A stretch of DNA of 29,383 nt from a bacterium (GTDB lineage Bacteria > Patescibacteriota > Patescibacteriia > JAACEG01). Both the position numbers and the translations under genes were made by a program. Below the pieces are notes generated by a model, which did no database searches, had not been told where the DNA came from, and was given only the letters and a program-made list of their open reading frames with translations. The DNA lies in the NCBI GenBank assembly GCA_027040785.1, contig JALULG010000079.1, positions 1 to 29,383 on the forward strand, in the 5' to 3' direction. Within the stretch, counting starts at the first letter, position 1; every line of letters starts with the position of its first letter. Of the stretch, positions 15,216 to 23,644 are shown in pieces.

Positions 15216-15350
15216 CACTGCTTTGACGGTCGCTAAATAACACTAAATATTATTTTACGATTACTGTAAATTACAGGATTTATATAAAATTTATATGTTT
15301 AATCATTTTTTTTATTTGTCTAAAAATATTTTTTAAGATAAAATATAAAT

Positions 15351-16139
15351 ATGTATCAAGATATTTTTAAACAAATAGGTTTTAATAAAAACGAGGCAAT
15401 CGTTTATGATTTTCTTTTGCAACACGGAGCCGTTTCCGCCGGGGAAATCATTAAAAAAACCCCTCTTAAACGCGGGGTGGTTTACAATGTTTTGAATGAT
15501 TTAATAAAAAAGGGGCTTATTGCGGAAAAAAAGAAGAATAAAAAAACAATTTTTAACCCCTTACACCCGGAAAAATTACGCGATTATGTTTTAGCAAAAG
15601 AAAAAGCAATTCAAAGCGCCAAAAACGCTTTGGAATCCAATTTGCCGGATATTGTTTCCGGTTTTAATTTGGTTTCCGGTCAGCCCGGAGTGAGATATTT
15701 TGAAGGGAAAAATGAAATTAAAAAGGCCTTAAAAATAATTTCAGATAATTTTACAGAAAAAACCGAGATACTTTCTTTTGTAAAAGTTTTACCCAAAGAA
15801 TTTGTCAAAGATGTTAATACGGCTTTTACCGCTTTTATTAAAAAAAGAATTCAAACAAAAGTGTTTACCAGAGTAATCGCGATTAAAAGCAGGGAATCTT
15901 TAAAATTGCAAAAAGATGATAAAAAGTCTTTGCGTAAAACAATGCTGGTTGATTTACAAAAAATGAAATTTGATTTTGCCGGCGGAGAATTTTTTATTTA
16001 CAAAAATATGATTTGCGCTGTTATTTTGAATAAAAACAGATATTCGGCTTTTCTTGTGGAAGATAAAAATATCAGTCAATTTTTAAAAATGTTTTTTGAA
16101 GCTCAGTGGTTGTTGATTAACAGGTCCAGTTTATCTTGA
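15351..16139 (+). CDS. TrmB-family transcriptional regulator, 262 aa
   Basis: GFNKNEAIVYDFLLQHG...TPLKRGVVYNVLNDLIKKGL HTH; PGVRYFEG linker; same architecture as 11651-12409. Confidence 0.82.
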   Translation: MYQDIFKQIGFNKNEAIVYDFLLQHGAVSAGEIIKKTPLKRGVVYNVLNDLIKKGLIAEKKKNKKTIFNPLHPEKLRDYVLAKEKAIQSAKNALESNLPDIVSGFNLVSGQPGVRYFEGKNEIKKALKIISDNFTEKTEILSFVKVLPKEFVKDVNTAFTAFIKKRIQTKVFTRVIAIKSRESLKLQKDDKKSLRKTMLVDLQKMKFDFAGGEFFIYKNMICAVILNKNRYSAFLVEDKNISQFLKMFFEAQWLLINRSSLS

Positions 16140-19100
16140 TTTTCTTTTTTGGCTTTGTCCGGAGAAAAAATAACATAAAAATTTTGATTTGTTTTGCTTT
16201 TTTCTTCAGGAATAAAACGGCTTAAAACATAGCCGTTTTTGTGTTGTTCGGCGATAGCCTTAAAAATCCAGCCATCCGGATCATTTTCCGTAATATCATC
16301 GTGATGATCTTGCCCATGATAAGCTATTTTACAAGCAGGATATTTTTCTCCCTGAAAATTAATTGTTGTTATTTTATTTTCGGTTAAAATTTGTGTTTTT
16401 AATATTTTTTCCAATTTTTTTTCTTCTTCGGAATTAAAATTTTTTAGAATATCCAAAGTATCCTCCGGAAAACGGCGAGTGCGGGCATAATGATCTTTGT
16501 ATTCGTTGTCTTTGGTGGAACCGGCAAAAGAAACAAAATTTAATCTTTCAATTAAAATCAAAAACGATCTAACATGTGGTTTGGCAACAGCGTAAAATAA
16601 CTTTTCTTTGTCTTCCTCAGAATTAAAACCAAGTCGTAAAGTGGCTTCTCCCAAACCCTTGATTTTTGCATCAGGGTTGGAAATAAACCAATCAATGTAT
16701 TCTATGTCGCCTTGTTTTTTTTCTTTACCAAAAAAAGAAACAATTTCATTGTTTATCAAAACAATTGTTAATTTTAAATTCGGATTATTTTGACATTCTT
16801 GTAAAAATACTTCATCATCTCCCGCCGGAAATTGCTTGCGAATTATTTTTTGAATTTGCGCCAATACTTTTTTGTTTTTTAACAATTCTTTACCGGAAAC
16901 ATTTTCCATTCTTTCTATGTCTTTAATTTTTCTTAAATCAATTTGACCAAGTTCTTCAATTGATAGTTGTTTTGTGATTTCGGAAAGTAAGATAACTCTG
17001 CCGTTGATTTGTTCTAATTCTTTTGCGATTACTTCTTCGTCAATTTTTTCTTTCCCAATTTTTTCAATGTAATCGTTTAAGATTTGATTTGCGTATTCCA
17101 AAAGATTATCACTGATTGCTTCAACTTTTTCTTCGTTTAACTCTTTGCTCTGAGCTAAAATTTTCCGAATTTCCTCTTTTCCCTTGCGCGCTTGATTAAT
17201 TATTTCGTTATATTTTTGAAAAACCAAGTCCGCGATATTTGTTTCAATATTCTTTGGTAAATTAGGTACTTGATCGTAAATTAATTCCATTATTTCATTC
17301 TCAAGGTTTTTCTGAAATTGTAAAACTTTTTTTGCCTTATCTATTTTTCTGTTTGCTTTTTCTATTTTGTCCTTAATTCTTGTAAAAATTTTTTTATCTA
17401 TTTTGTCCGATTTGCCAAAATTTTGAGCGTTTTCCGATTGTGCCATTTCGTAATAACCGTCAGTATGTAACATTGCTTCCAACTTTTTGACTGATTTTTG
17501 AGAGGCTTGAATAATTTTTTTCAAAACCGAACTATCTATTTTGTCTAAAATTTTTTCCATATCAAAATTCTCGTCCATCCACCAAGGACTAATCTCTCCT
17601 TTTTTTATTGCTTCATCAAGTTCTTGAGGAGTTTTATATTGTTCCGGATTACCGAATAATTCAGAGGCAATAGCATGCTCTCCGCCTTGTAAAAAGAGTT
17701 CGTCTTTTAATTTTTTCTTAGATTGATTAAAAAGTTTACTGATATGAATTAAATCATTTAATATTTTTCTATTTACCTTTTCTTGATGACGTAAATTGCT
17801 TATCAATCTTTTGATTATTTTTTCTTTTTCGGTTTCGCTGGCATCTTTTAATTCTTCAAAAGCTTGTTTTATCAAAGAAGATGCTTTGCGTAAAATTGTT
17901 TGAGTGGCTTTGTTTTTGTCCAATTCTTGGTTGGGAAAAATTTCTTTATATATTTGCACAAAAAAATCAATATGATTATTAACATTATCAACCATTTTGG
18001 CATACTCGCCAAAAATTTCATCAGCCAATTTTGATTCGTCTTTTAATTTTTCTCCAATACTTAAAATAATTTCACCCATTTGCGGGTCTTGTTCCAAGGA
18101 AAGGAAAGACTTGATACGATTGCTTTTTGATTGTTCACTTTTTGATTGTTTTAAAAACTCTTTTACTTGATCAACTTCTTGGTTTGTCTTGTCTTTTAAA
18201 AATTGCAAAAAATAACTTTGCTCCAAAGCGCTAAACTGAGTGATGTCAATTCCAAATTCTTCATCAATAGCCTCTCTAATCGGCTTTGACATTAAAAATT
18301 TATAATCATCCAGATTATCCGCGAAATCTTGTTTTTGTTTTTCAGTAAAAAAATCAATATCTTCTAAAGAGGTGATTTTATGAAAAAATTTTTCAATTTT
18401 ATGTTCATATCTTTCTAAAATTTCCGTGTTTATTCGTCCATTTTCATCCTCTCCAAAAGCATTAAAAACTTGACCTCTTAATTGAAAAAATTTATCTTCC
18501 AAATCTCCCATCTTTTTTCCAATTTCTGCCTTGGCTTTTGGAAATTTTTTAAAAAAATATTCATTTTGCTTAAATTCTTCTTCAATTTTGTCTTCAACCC
18601 CGTAAATACTTCCTTTGGTAAAAACCGTATTATCAAATCTGCCTTCCAAGATGCGAAAAGAAACTTCTTTGGGAAATCTATAATTTTCCGTTTCTTCGGG
18701 ATGATTTTGAAAATATTTTTCAATAAGTTCACTTTGCAGAGTGAGGTATTCTTTTTCAAGTTCTTTATATCTGCGATAAAGATCAATTATATTAAAATAA
18801 CTTTCCACCTCCTCGTAATCGTTTTTTTGAGTAATTTTTAATTCACCGGTTTTATCATACAAAGCAAAAATTTTTTTGCTTAATCTGAAAGGATAAACAT
18901 CTTTATCCGTAGCGGGTTCTTCAAAATAATAAAACACATTTTCATCTACAATTTTACGTAATCTTAAACTTAAAAAATAATTGTTTTCTTTTTCTTTGCT
19001 TAATTCTTTAATGTCTGCAAAAAATTCTTCCGGATCTTTAATTTTATCTTTTTCATATCCTCCAACTTCAAGCATTTCCTCATAAGAAGTGTAAATTAGG

Positions 19101-19549
19101 GTTTTTAAATTTCTGAAAATTTCCAAAAGTTTTTTTGTTCTTTTTTGCTCCTCTTTGTCTTTTGTTTTTAAATCAAATCTTTTTGTCAATTCTTCAATAA
19201 ATTCAAAAATTTCTTTTGGTTCTAAAAAATTTTCCGGAAAACTTAATTCCTCTACGATAATATTATTCAAAAAAATCTTCCTATCTTCTTCGGAAAGATT
19301 TTTATTAAAATAAACACTCTCTATCAAATCAAGAGTTTTTTGAGGACCTTCTTTTTTTAGAAAAATATCAAAAGCCGGAGAAGAAAATTCATCATAATCA
19401 TCTTCGTTTAATTTATCGGTCAAACTATTAACATAAAAATTCACCACTTTCTCAAAGTTTTCATCTTTTTCTTTTTCATTTTTTATCTCTTCGGAAATAA
19501 AATATTTATTATGCTTTTCTGGCAAAAATTGTAATTCTCCGGTCTCCAT
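16103..19549 (-). CDS. Large E/K-rich hypothetical protein (~1148 aa) with internal helical repeat and putative C-terminal GNAT-like domain
   Basis: Long ORF, ATG at 19549; two similar segments (ADEIFGEYAKMVD / ADLVFQKYNEIIN); YIDWFISNPDAKIKGLGEATL resembles a GNAT acetyl-CoA loop. Confidence 0.75.
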   Translation of the reverse strand: METGELQFLPEKHNKYFISEEIKNEKEKDENFEKVVNFYVNSLTDKLNEDDYDEFSSPAFDIFLKKEGPQKTLDLIESVYFNKNLSEEDRKIFLNNIIVEELSFPENFLEPKEIFEFIEELTKRFDLKTKDKEEQKRTKKLLEIFRNLKTLIYTSYEEMLEVGGYEKDKIKDPEEFFADIKELSKEKENNYFLSLRLRKIVDENVFYYFEEPATDKDVYPFRLSKKIFALYDKTGELKITQKNDYEEVESYFNIIDLYRRYKELEKEYLTLQSELIEKYFQNHPEETENYRFPKEVSFRILEGRFDNTVFTKGSIYGVEDKIEEEFKQNEYFFKKFPKAKAEIGKKMGDLEDKFFQLRGQVFNAFGEDENGRINTEILERYEHKIEKFFHKITSLEDIDFFTEKQKQDFADNLDDYKFLMSKPIREAIDEEFGIDITQFSALEQSYFLQFLKDKTNQEVDQVKEFLKQSKSEQSKSNRIKSFLSLEQDPQMGEIILSIGEKLKDESKLADEIFGEYAKMVDNVNNHIDFFVQIYKEIFPNQELDKNKATQTILRKASSLIKQAFEELKDASETEKEKIIKRLISNLRHQEKVNRKILNDLIHISKLFNQSKKKLKDELFLQGGEHAIASELFGNPEQYKTPQELDEAIKKGEISPWWMDENFDMEKILDKIDSSVLKKIIQASQKSVKKLEAMLHTDGYYEMAQSENAQNFGKSDKIDKKIFTRIKDKIEKANRKIDKAKKVLQFQKNLENEIMELIYDQVPNLPKNIETNIADLVFQKYNEIINQARKGKEEIRKILAQSKELNEEKVEAISDNLLEYANQILNDYIEKIGKEKIDEEVIAKELEQINGRVILLSEITKQLSIEELGQIDLRKIKDIERMENVSGKELLKNKKVLAQIQKIIRKQFPAGDDEVFLQECQNNPNLKLTIVLINNEIVSFFGKEKKQGDIEYIDWFISNPDAKIKGLGEATLRLGFNSEEDKEKLFYAVAKPHVRSFLILIERLNFVSFAGSTKDNEYKDHYARTRRFPEDTLDILKNFNSEEEKKLEKILKTQILTENKITTINFQGEKYPACKIAYHGQDHHDDITENDPDGWIFKAIAEQHKNGYVLSRFIPEEKSKTNQNFYVIFSPDKAKKENQDKLDLLINNH

Positions 19550-19642
19550 AATCAAATTTAACTAAATAATTATTTTATGATAAAATTATAACACAATCAT
19601 TTTTTAAATTACAATTAATTTTGCGTTTTGCATTACAAATTT

Positions 19643-22036
19643 ATGAAAAAACAAGCTTTTGTTCTTTGGTTTAAAAACATTAGAATCAAAGACATCCCTT
19701 TGGTTGGCGGAAAAAATGCCTCTCTCGGAGAGATGTATAGTCAACTAACCAAAAAGGGAGTTAATATTCCAAACGGTTTTGCCATCACGGCTCAAGCTTA
19801 TTATTATTTTTTGGAAAAAGCGGGCATTAAAGAACAAATGAGGATTATTTTGCAAGGGTTAGATATCGGTAATATAGATAATTTGTATTATCGGGGGAGA
19901 AAAATCAGAGAATTGATTTTAAAAGCCGATTTACCAAAAGATTTGGAAAAAGAAATTCTCAAAGCTTATAAAAAATTAAGCGCTTTAAACAAAGAAGCTC
20001 GTCGCGGAACAGATGTGGCTGTTCGTTCCTCAGCCACGGCCGAAGATTTGCCGGACGCTTCTTTTGCCGGACAACAAGAAACTTTTTTAAATATTAGAGG
20101 TGAGGAAGAACTGTTAAAGGCCTGTAAAGCTTGTTTTGCTTCTCTGTTTACAAACAGAGCTATTGTTTATCGCGAACAAAAAAAATTTGATCACTTTAAA
20201 ATCGGACTTTCCATTGGTGTTCAAAAAATGGTCCGCTCAGATTTGGCTTCTTCCGGAGTAATGTTTTCCATAGATACCGAAACAGGTTTTAGAGATGCTG
20301 TTTTGATAAACTCAATTTACGGCTTGGGCGAAAACATTGTTCAAGGCAAAGTGACACCGGACGAATTTTACGTTCACAAGCCATTGTTAAAAAAGGGCTA
20401 CCCTACTATTTTATCTCGAAAAGTCGGCAGTAAAGAAATAAAGATGGTTTACACTCATAACTCTAAAAAACCGGTAAAAGATATAAAAGTTTCCGAAAAA
20501 GATCGTCAAAAATTCAGCATTTCGGACTTGGAAGTTTTAACTTTGGCAAATTGGGCGATAAAAATTGAAGAACATTATCAAAAACCAATGGATATGGAAT
20601 GGGCAAAAGACGGCCGAAACAATAAACTTTATATTGTCCAAGCTCGTCCGGAAACGGTTCAATCACAAAAAAATTTCAATATTTTGGAGGAATATAAATT
20701 ACTGGAACACGGTAAGCCGATAGTTAAAGGCGCCTCGGTCGGATCTAAAATAGGCGCCGGAAAAATAAATGTTATCAAAAATATAGAAGATATTAAAAAT
20801 TTTAAAAAAGGAGAAATTTTGGTAACCGAAATGACCGATCCTGATTGGGTGCCGATTATGAAAAAAGCTTCCGCCATTGTTACTGACAGAGGCGGACGAA
20901 CTTGTCATGCCGCCATTGTTTCTCGCGAACTCGGAGTTCCTTGTATTGTGGGAACCGGCAACGGCAGTGAGATCTTAAAAACCGGAAAACCGGCAACTGT
21001 TTCTTGCGCCGAAGGAGAAACCGGTTTTGTTTATCCGAAAATTTTAAAATATAAAGTTTCCAAACACAATCTTAAAAAAATCAAACGGCCAAAAACAAAA
21101 ATAATGATAAACATCGGTTCTCCGGAAACGGCCTTTGCCGAATCTTTTATCCCCAACGACGGAGTTGGTTTGGCTCGAGAGGAATTTATTATCAACAATT
21201 ATATTAAAATACATCCTTTGGCTTTATTAAATTTTAATAAATTAAAAAGAGAAAAAAGATTAACTCGCGCCGAAATAAACAAAATAGAAGAAATTACGGT
21301 TGGCTATAAAAACAAAGCGCAATTTTTCATAGACAAATTGGCCGAAGGGGTAGCCACAATTGCGGGGGCATTTTACCCAAAAGATGTCATAGTCAGGTTG
21401 TCCGACTTTAAATCCAATGAATATGCCAATTTAATCGGGGGCGAGCTTTTTGAACCCAAAGAAGATAATCCAATGATTGGTTGGCGCGGAGCCAGTCGTT
21501 ATTATAATCCGATCTATAAACCGGCTTTTGAACTGGAATGCAAAGCTCTTTTTAAAGCGCGCCAAACAATGGGCTTAAAAAACATTAAAATAATGATTCC
21601 TTTCTGCCGAACAATTGAAGAGGGTGAAAAAGTTTTAAAAATTATGAAAAAGAATAAATTGGTCAGAGGTAAAAACAGACTTAAAATATATGTAATGACT
21701 GAAATTCCGTCCAATGTAATTTTGTTGGAAGAGTTTGCCAAAATTTTTGACGGTTTTTCAATCGGTTCCAATGATTTAACCCAATTAACCTTGGGTGTTG
21801 ACAGGGACAGTGAATTAGTAAGTCATGTTTATAATGAACGAAATTTGGCTGTTAAAACTTTAATTAAATTAGCCATTAAAAAAGCTAAAAAACATCATCG
21901 CAAGATCGGTATCTGCGGACAAGCGCCCTCTGATTTTCCCGACTTTGCCGAATTTTTACTCAAAAACGATATTGACAGTATTTCTCTAAATCCGGACACT
22001 GTCATTAAAACAACTCTGAAATTAAGTAAAATTTAA
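19643..22036 (+). CDS. ppsA: Phosphoenolpyruvate synthase (pyruvate, water dikinase)
   Basis: VGGKNASLGEM, VAVRSSATAEDLPDASFAGQQET, phospho-His motif GGRTCHAAIVSRE, FSIGSNDLTQL, ICGQ; ATG at 19643. Confidence 0.97.
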   Translation: MKKQAFVLWFKNIRIKDIPLVGGKNASLGEMYSQLTKKGVNIPNGFAITAQAYYYFLEKAGIKEQMRIILQGLDIGNIDNLYYRGRKIRELILKADLPKDLEKEILKAYKKLSALNKEARRGTDVAVRSSATAEDLPDASFAGQQETFLNIRGEEELLKACKACFASLFTNRAIVYREQKKFDHFKIGLSIGVQKMVRSDLASSGVMFSIDTETGFRDAVLINSIYGLGENIVQGKVTPDEFYVHKPLLKKGYPTILSRKVGSKEIKMVYTHNSKKPVKDIKVSEKDRQKFSISDLEVLTLANWAIKIEEHYQKPMDMEWAKDGRNNKLYIVQARPETVQSQKNFNILEEYKLLEHGKPIVKGASVGSKIGAGKINVIKNIEDIKNFKKGEILVTEMTDPDWVPIMKKASAIVTDRGGRTCHAAIVSRELGVPCIVGTGNGSEILKTGKPATVSCAEGETGFVYPKILKYKVSKHNLKKIKRPKTKIMINIGSPETAFAESFIPNDGVGLAREEFIINNYIKIHPLALLNFNKLKREKRLTRAEINKIEEITVGYKNKAQFFIDKLAEGVATIAGAFYPKDVIVRLSDFKSNEYANLIGGELFEPKEDNPMIGWRGASRYYNPIYKPAFELECKALFKARQTMGLKNIKIMIPFCRTIEEGEKVLKIMKKNKLVRGKNRLKIYVMTEIPSNVILLEEFAKIFDGFSIGSNDLTQLTLGVDRDSELVSHVYNERNLAVKTLIKLAIKKAKKHHRKIGICGQAPSDFPDFAEFLLKNDIDSISLNPDTVIKTTLKLSKI

Positions 22037-22055
22037 TTTTAGAAAATATTTCAAC

Positions 22056-22087
22056 AAAAACAGGGTGGAATGCCCTGTTTTTGTTTT
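22056..22087 (+). terminator. Intrinsic terminator of ppsA
   Basis: AAAAACAGGG-TGGAATG-CCCTGTTTTT-GTTTT. Confidence 0.8.
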
Positions 22088-22120
22088 TAGGGAGACTTTA
22101 ATAATTCGGTATAATAAAGG

Positions 22121-22335
22121 GCTGTCATTCTGAATTTAGTTCAGTATTGTTTTAGAATTTCATGGTAAACATATGTCATCCTGAACATTTCAGGGTCTCA
22201 TGTCAACTCCACTATCGCTCTGAACTTGTTTCAGGATCTCGAGGGTTTTTAATTTTACTTTTTCCTCCGAGATGCTGAAATGAATTCAGCATGACATGGG
22301 AAAAAACGAGACCCTGAAATAAATTCAGGGTGACA
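22121..22335. repeat. REP-like palindromic repeat cluster, locus 4
   Basis: Same units and nearly the same order as 2086-2243 (GTCATCCTGAACATTTCAGGGTCTC...GAGATGCTGAAATGAATTCAGCATGAC...GAGACCCTGAAATAAATTCAGGGTGAC). Confidence 0.88.
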
Positions 22336-22405
22336 AAAGAGATTCAAAATAACAATAAAACAAATCAATTTTCTTTAAAATACTTAAATTTTTTCGCTCT
22401 TGCTA

Positions 22406-22434
22406 TTGACATTTTTCTCTTTTTATGCTAATTT
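22406..22434 (+). promoter_or_regulatory. Sigma70-type promoter for the PEP-CTERM gene
   Basis: TTGACA (22406-22411), 17 bp spacer, TGc-TAATTT (22429-22434). Confidence 0.6.
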
Positions 22435-22498
22435 AAAATGTTGCGAACCTTAAAAATTATTAACCTAAAACGCCCAAAACGGGCGAGAGGAGCAAAAA

Positions 22499-23281
22499 AT
22501 GAAAAAGTTGATAACAATGATGATGACGGCAGTGATGGCGGTAACCTGGACAGTTGGCGCATTTGCGTCAACGGTCTTGTTTGACGTTGACTTTGACTCT
22601 CCACCCCACCACCATGATACGGTGGTGGCAACCGGAAGTGGCCCTAACACCCCTTCGGCCATCATTGGTCGGCCTCGGGTGGTTTACAACCCTGAAATGG
22701 AGAGTCACGTTCTCGACTTCAACACTGTTGAGAACGATTACCCCAATTATTACGATGGGGTAATTTTTGAAGTAAGCCCCAGTTTTCAGCAGTATGGGGT
22801 TTCCTTCAATATGATGACCAACAATTTTGTTGGTCAATCAGTTAACGGCCTCCAAGTTTTCTTGGGAAACATTTTTTTGAATGTCAATCCCTCGGGAACA
22901 ATGACCATCGGAGAGTCACTCCCCAATCAAGAGGGGAGCGGGGGATATAACTTCCTGAACTTCAAAGACAATGAGATTATTTTTGTCTCACTGGGCTTTG
23001 ACGTTCAGAACCAGGAAGTTTCCGTTGGAACTTCCGTTTCCGGCGGACCCCTGAAAATAAATTCATACTCGGATCCGGTTAATCCGTTAAACGGATTATC
23101 GGAAATAAGTATGATGTTTGGAGGGCCTGGCGGAGATGTTTGTCAACATGACAACTTGTATGTTGACAATATTTACATCACCGGCCACAACGCCAACCCT
23201 GTGCCGATCCCCGGAACCCTTTGGCTTCTTGGATCCGGACTTGCCGGAATATTTTTGAAAAGGAGGGCGAAATGTCAATAA
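22499..23281 (+). CDS. Secreted beta-rich protein with PEP-CTERM/VPLPA-type sorting signal, 260 aa
   Basis: N-terminal signal peptide (MKKLITM...AFA); C-terminus PVPIPGTLWLLGSGLAGIFLKRRAK = VP(I/E)P motif + TM helix + basic tail; SD GAGGAG. Confidence 0.85.
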   Translation: MKKLITMMMTAVMAVTWTVGAFASTVLFDVDFDSPPHHHDTVVATGSGPNTPSAIIGRPRVVYNPEMESHVLDFNTVENDYPNYYDGVIFEVSPSFQQYGVSFNMMTNNFVGQSVNGLQVFLGNIFLNVNPSGTMTIGESLPNQEGSGGYNFLNFKDNEIIFVSLGFDVQNQEVSVGTSVSGGPLKINSYSDPVNPLNGLSEISMMFGGPGGDVCQHDNLYVDNIYITGHNANPVPIPGTLWLLGSGLAGIFLKRRAKCQ

Positions 23282-23490
23282 AAATAATTTTATGGAGGGT
23301 TTTTTTATTCGCAGGCATGGTATTTTGCCTTGTCTGCGAAGGGGCCCACTTGATTGACCCCCTTGAGAAAACTTTTTTCTTATCAAAAATTCCCCCCGAG
23401 GTTATCATAACCATCGGAGTTAACATAGTGATTCTTTCCGTCCTTTCCGGACGGAAAATTTCCTATCCCACCCCCACCAGGAGGAGGTAG
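23272..23490 (+). CDS. Small two-TM membrane protein, 72 aa
   Basis: SD AAGGAGG then ATG 23272 overlapping the previous stop; two hydrophobic segments; followed by terminator-like hairpins. Confidence 0.55.
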   Translation: MSIKIILWRVFLFAGMVFCLVCEGAHLIDPLEKTFFLSKIPPEVIITIGVNIVILSVLSGRKISYPTPTRRR

Positions 23491-23511
23491 CCGCCTCCTC
23501 TACCTCCTCCG

Positions 23512-23546
23512 AACCCTTGGTTTATAACCGAGGGTTTTTCTTTTTG
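23512..23546 (+). terminator. Intrinsic terminator
   Basis: AACCCTTGGT-TTATA-ACCGAGGGTT followed by TTTCTTTTTT. Confidence 0.7.
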
Positions 23547-23644
23547 ATGACAATTTGAAAATATGTTAAAGTATAAACAGAAACTGTTGCCAAATCCCAT
23601 TTAATATTTTTTTAATTTTTAATCAAGATTAAAATCTTTAAATT

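Noticed and set aside
2600-15300. Prophage or IS element
   Set aside because: No integrase, transposase, terminase or structural genes in the window.
22428-23426. Alternative-frame ORFs over the PEP-CTERM gene
   Set aside because: Shadows of the well-supported 22499-23281 gene.
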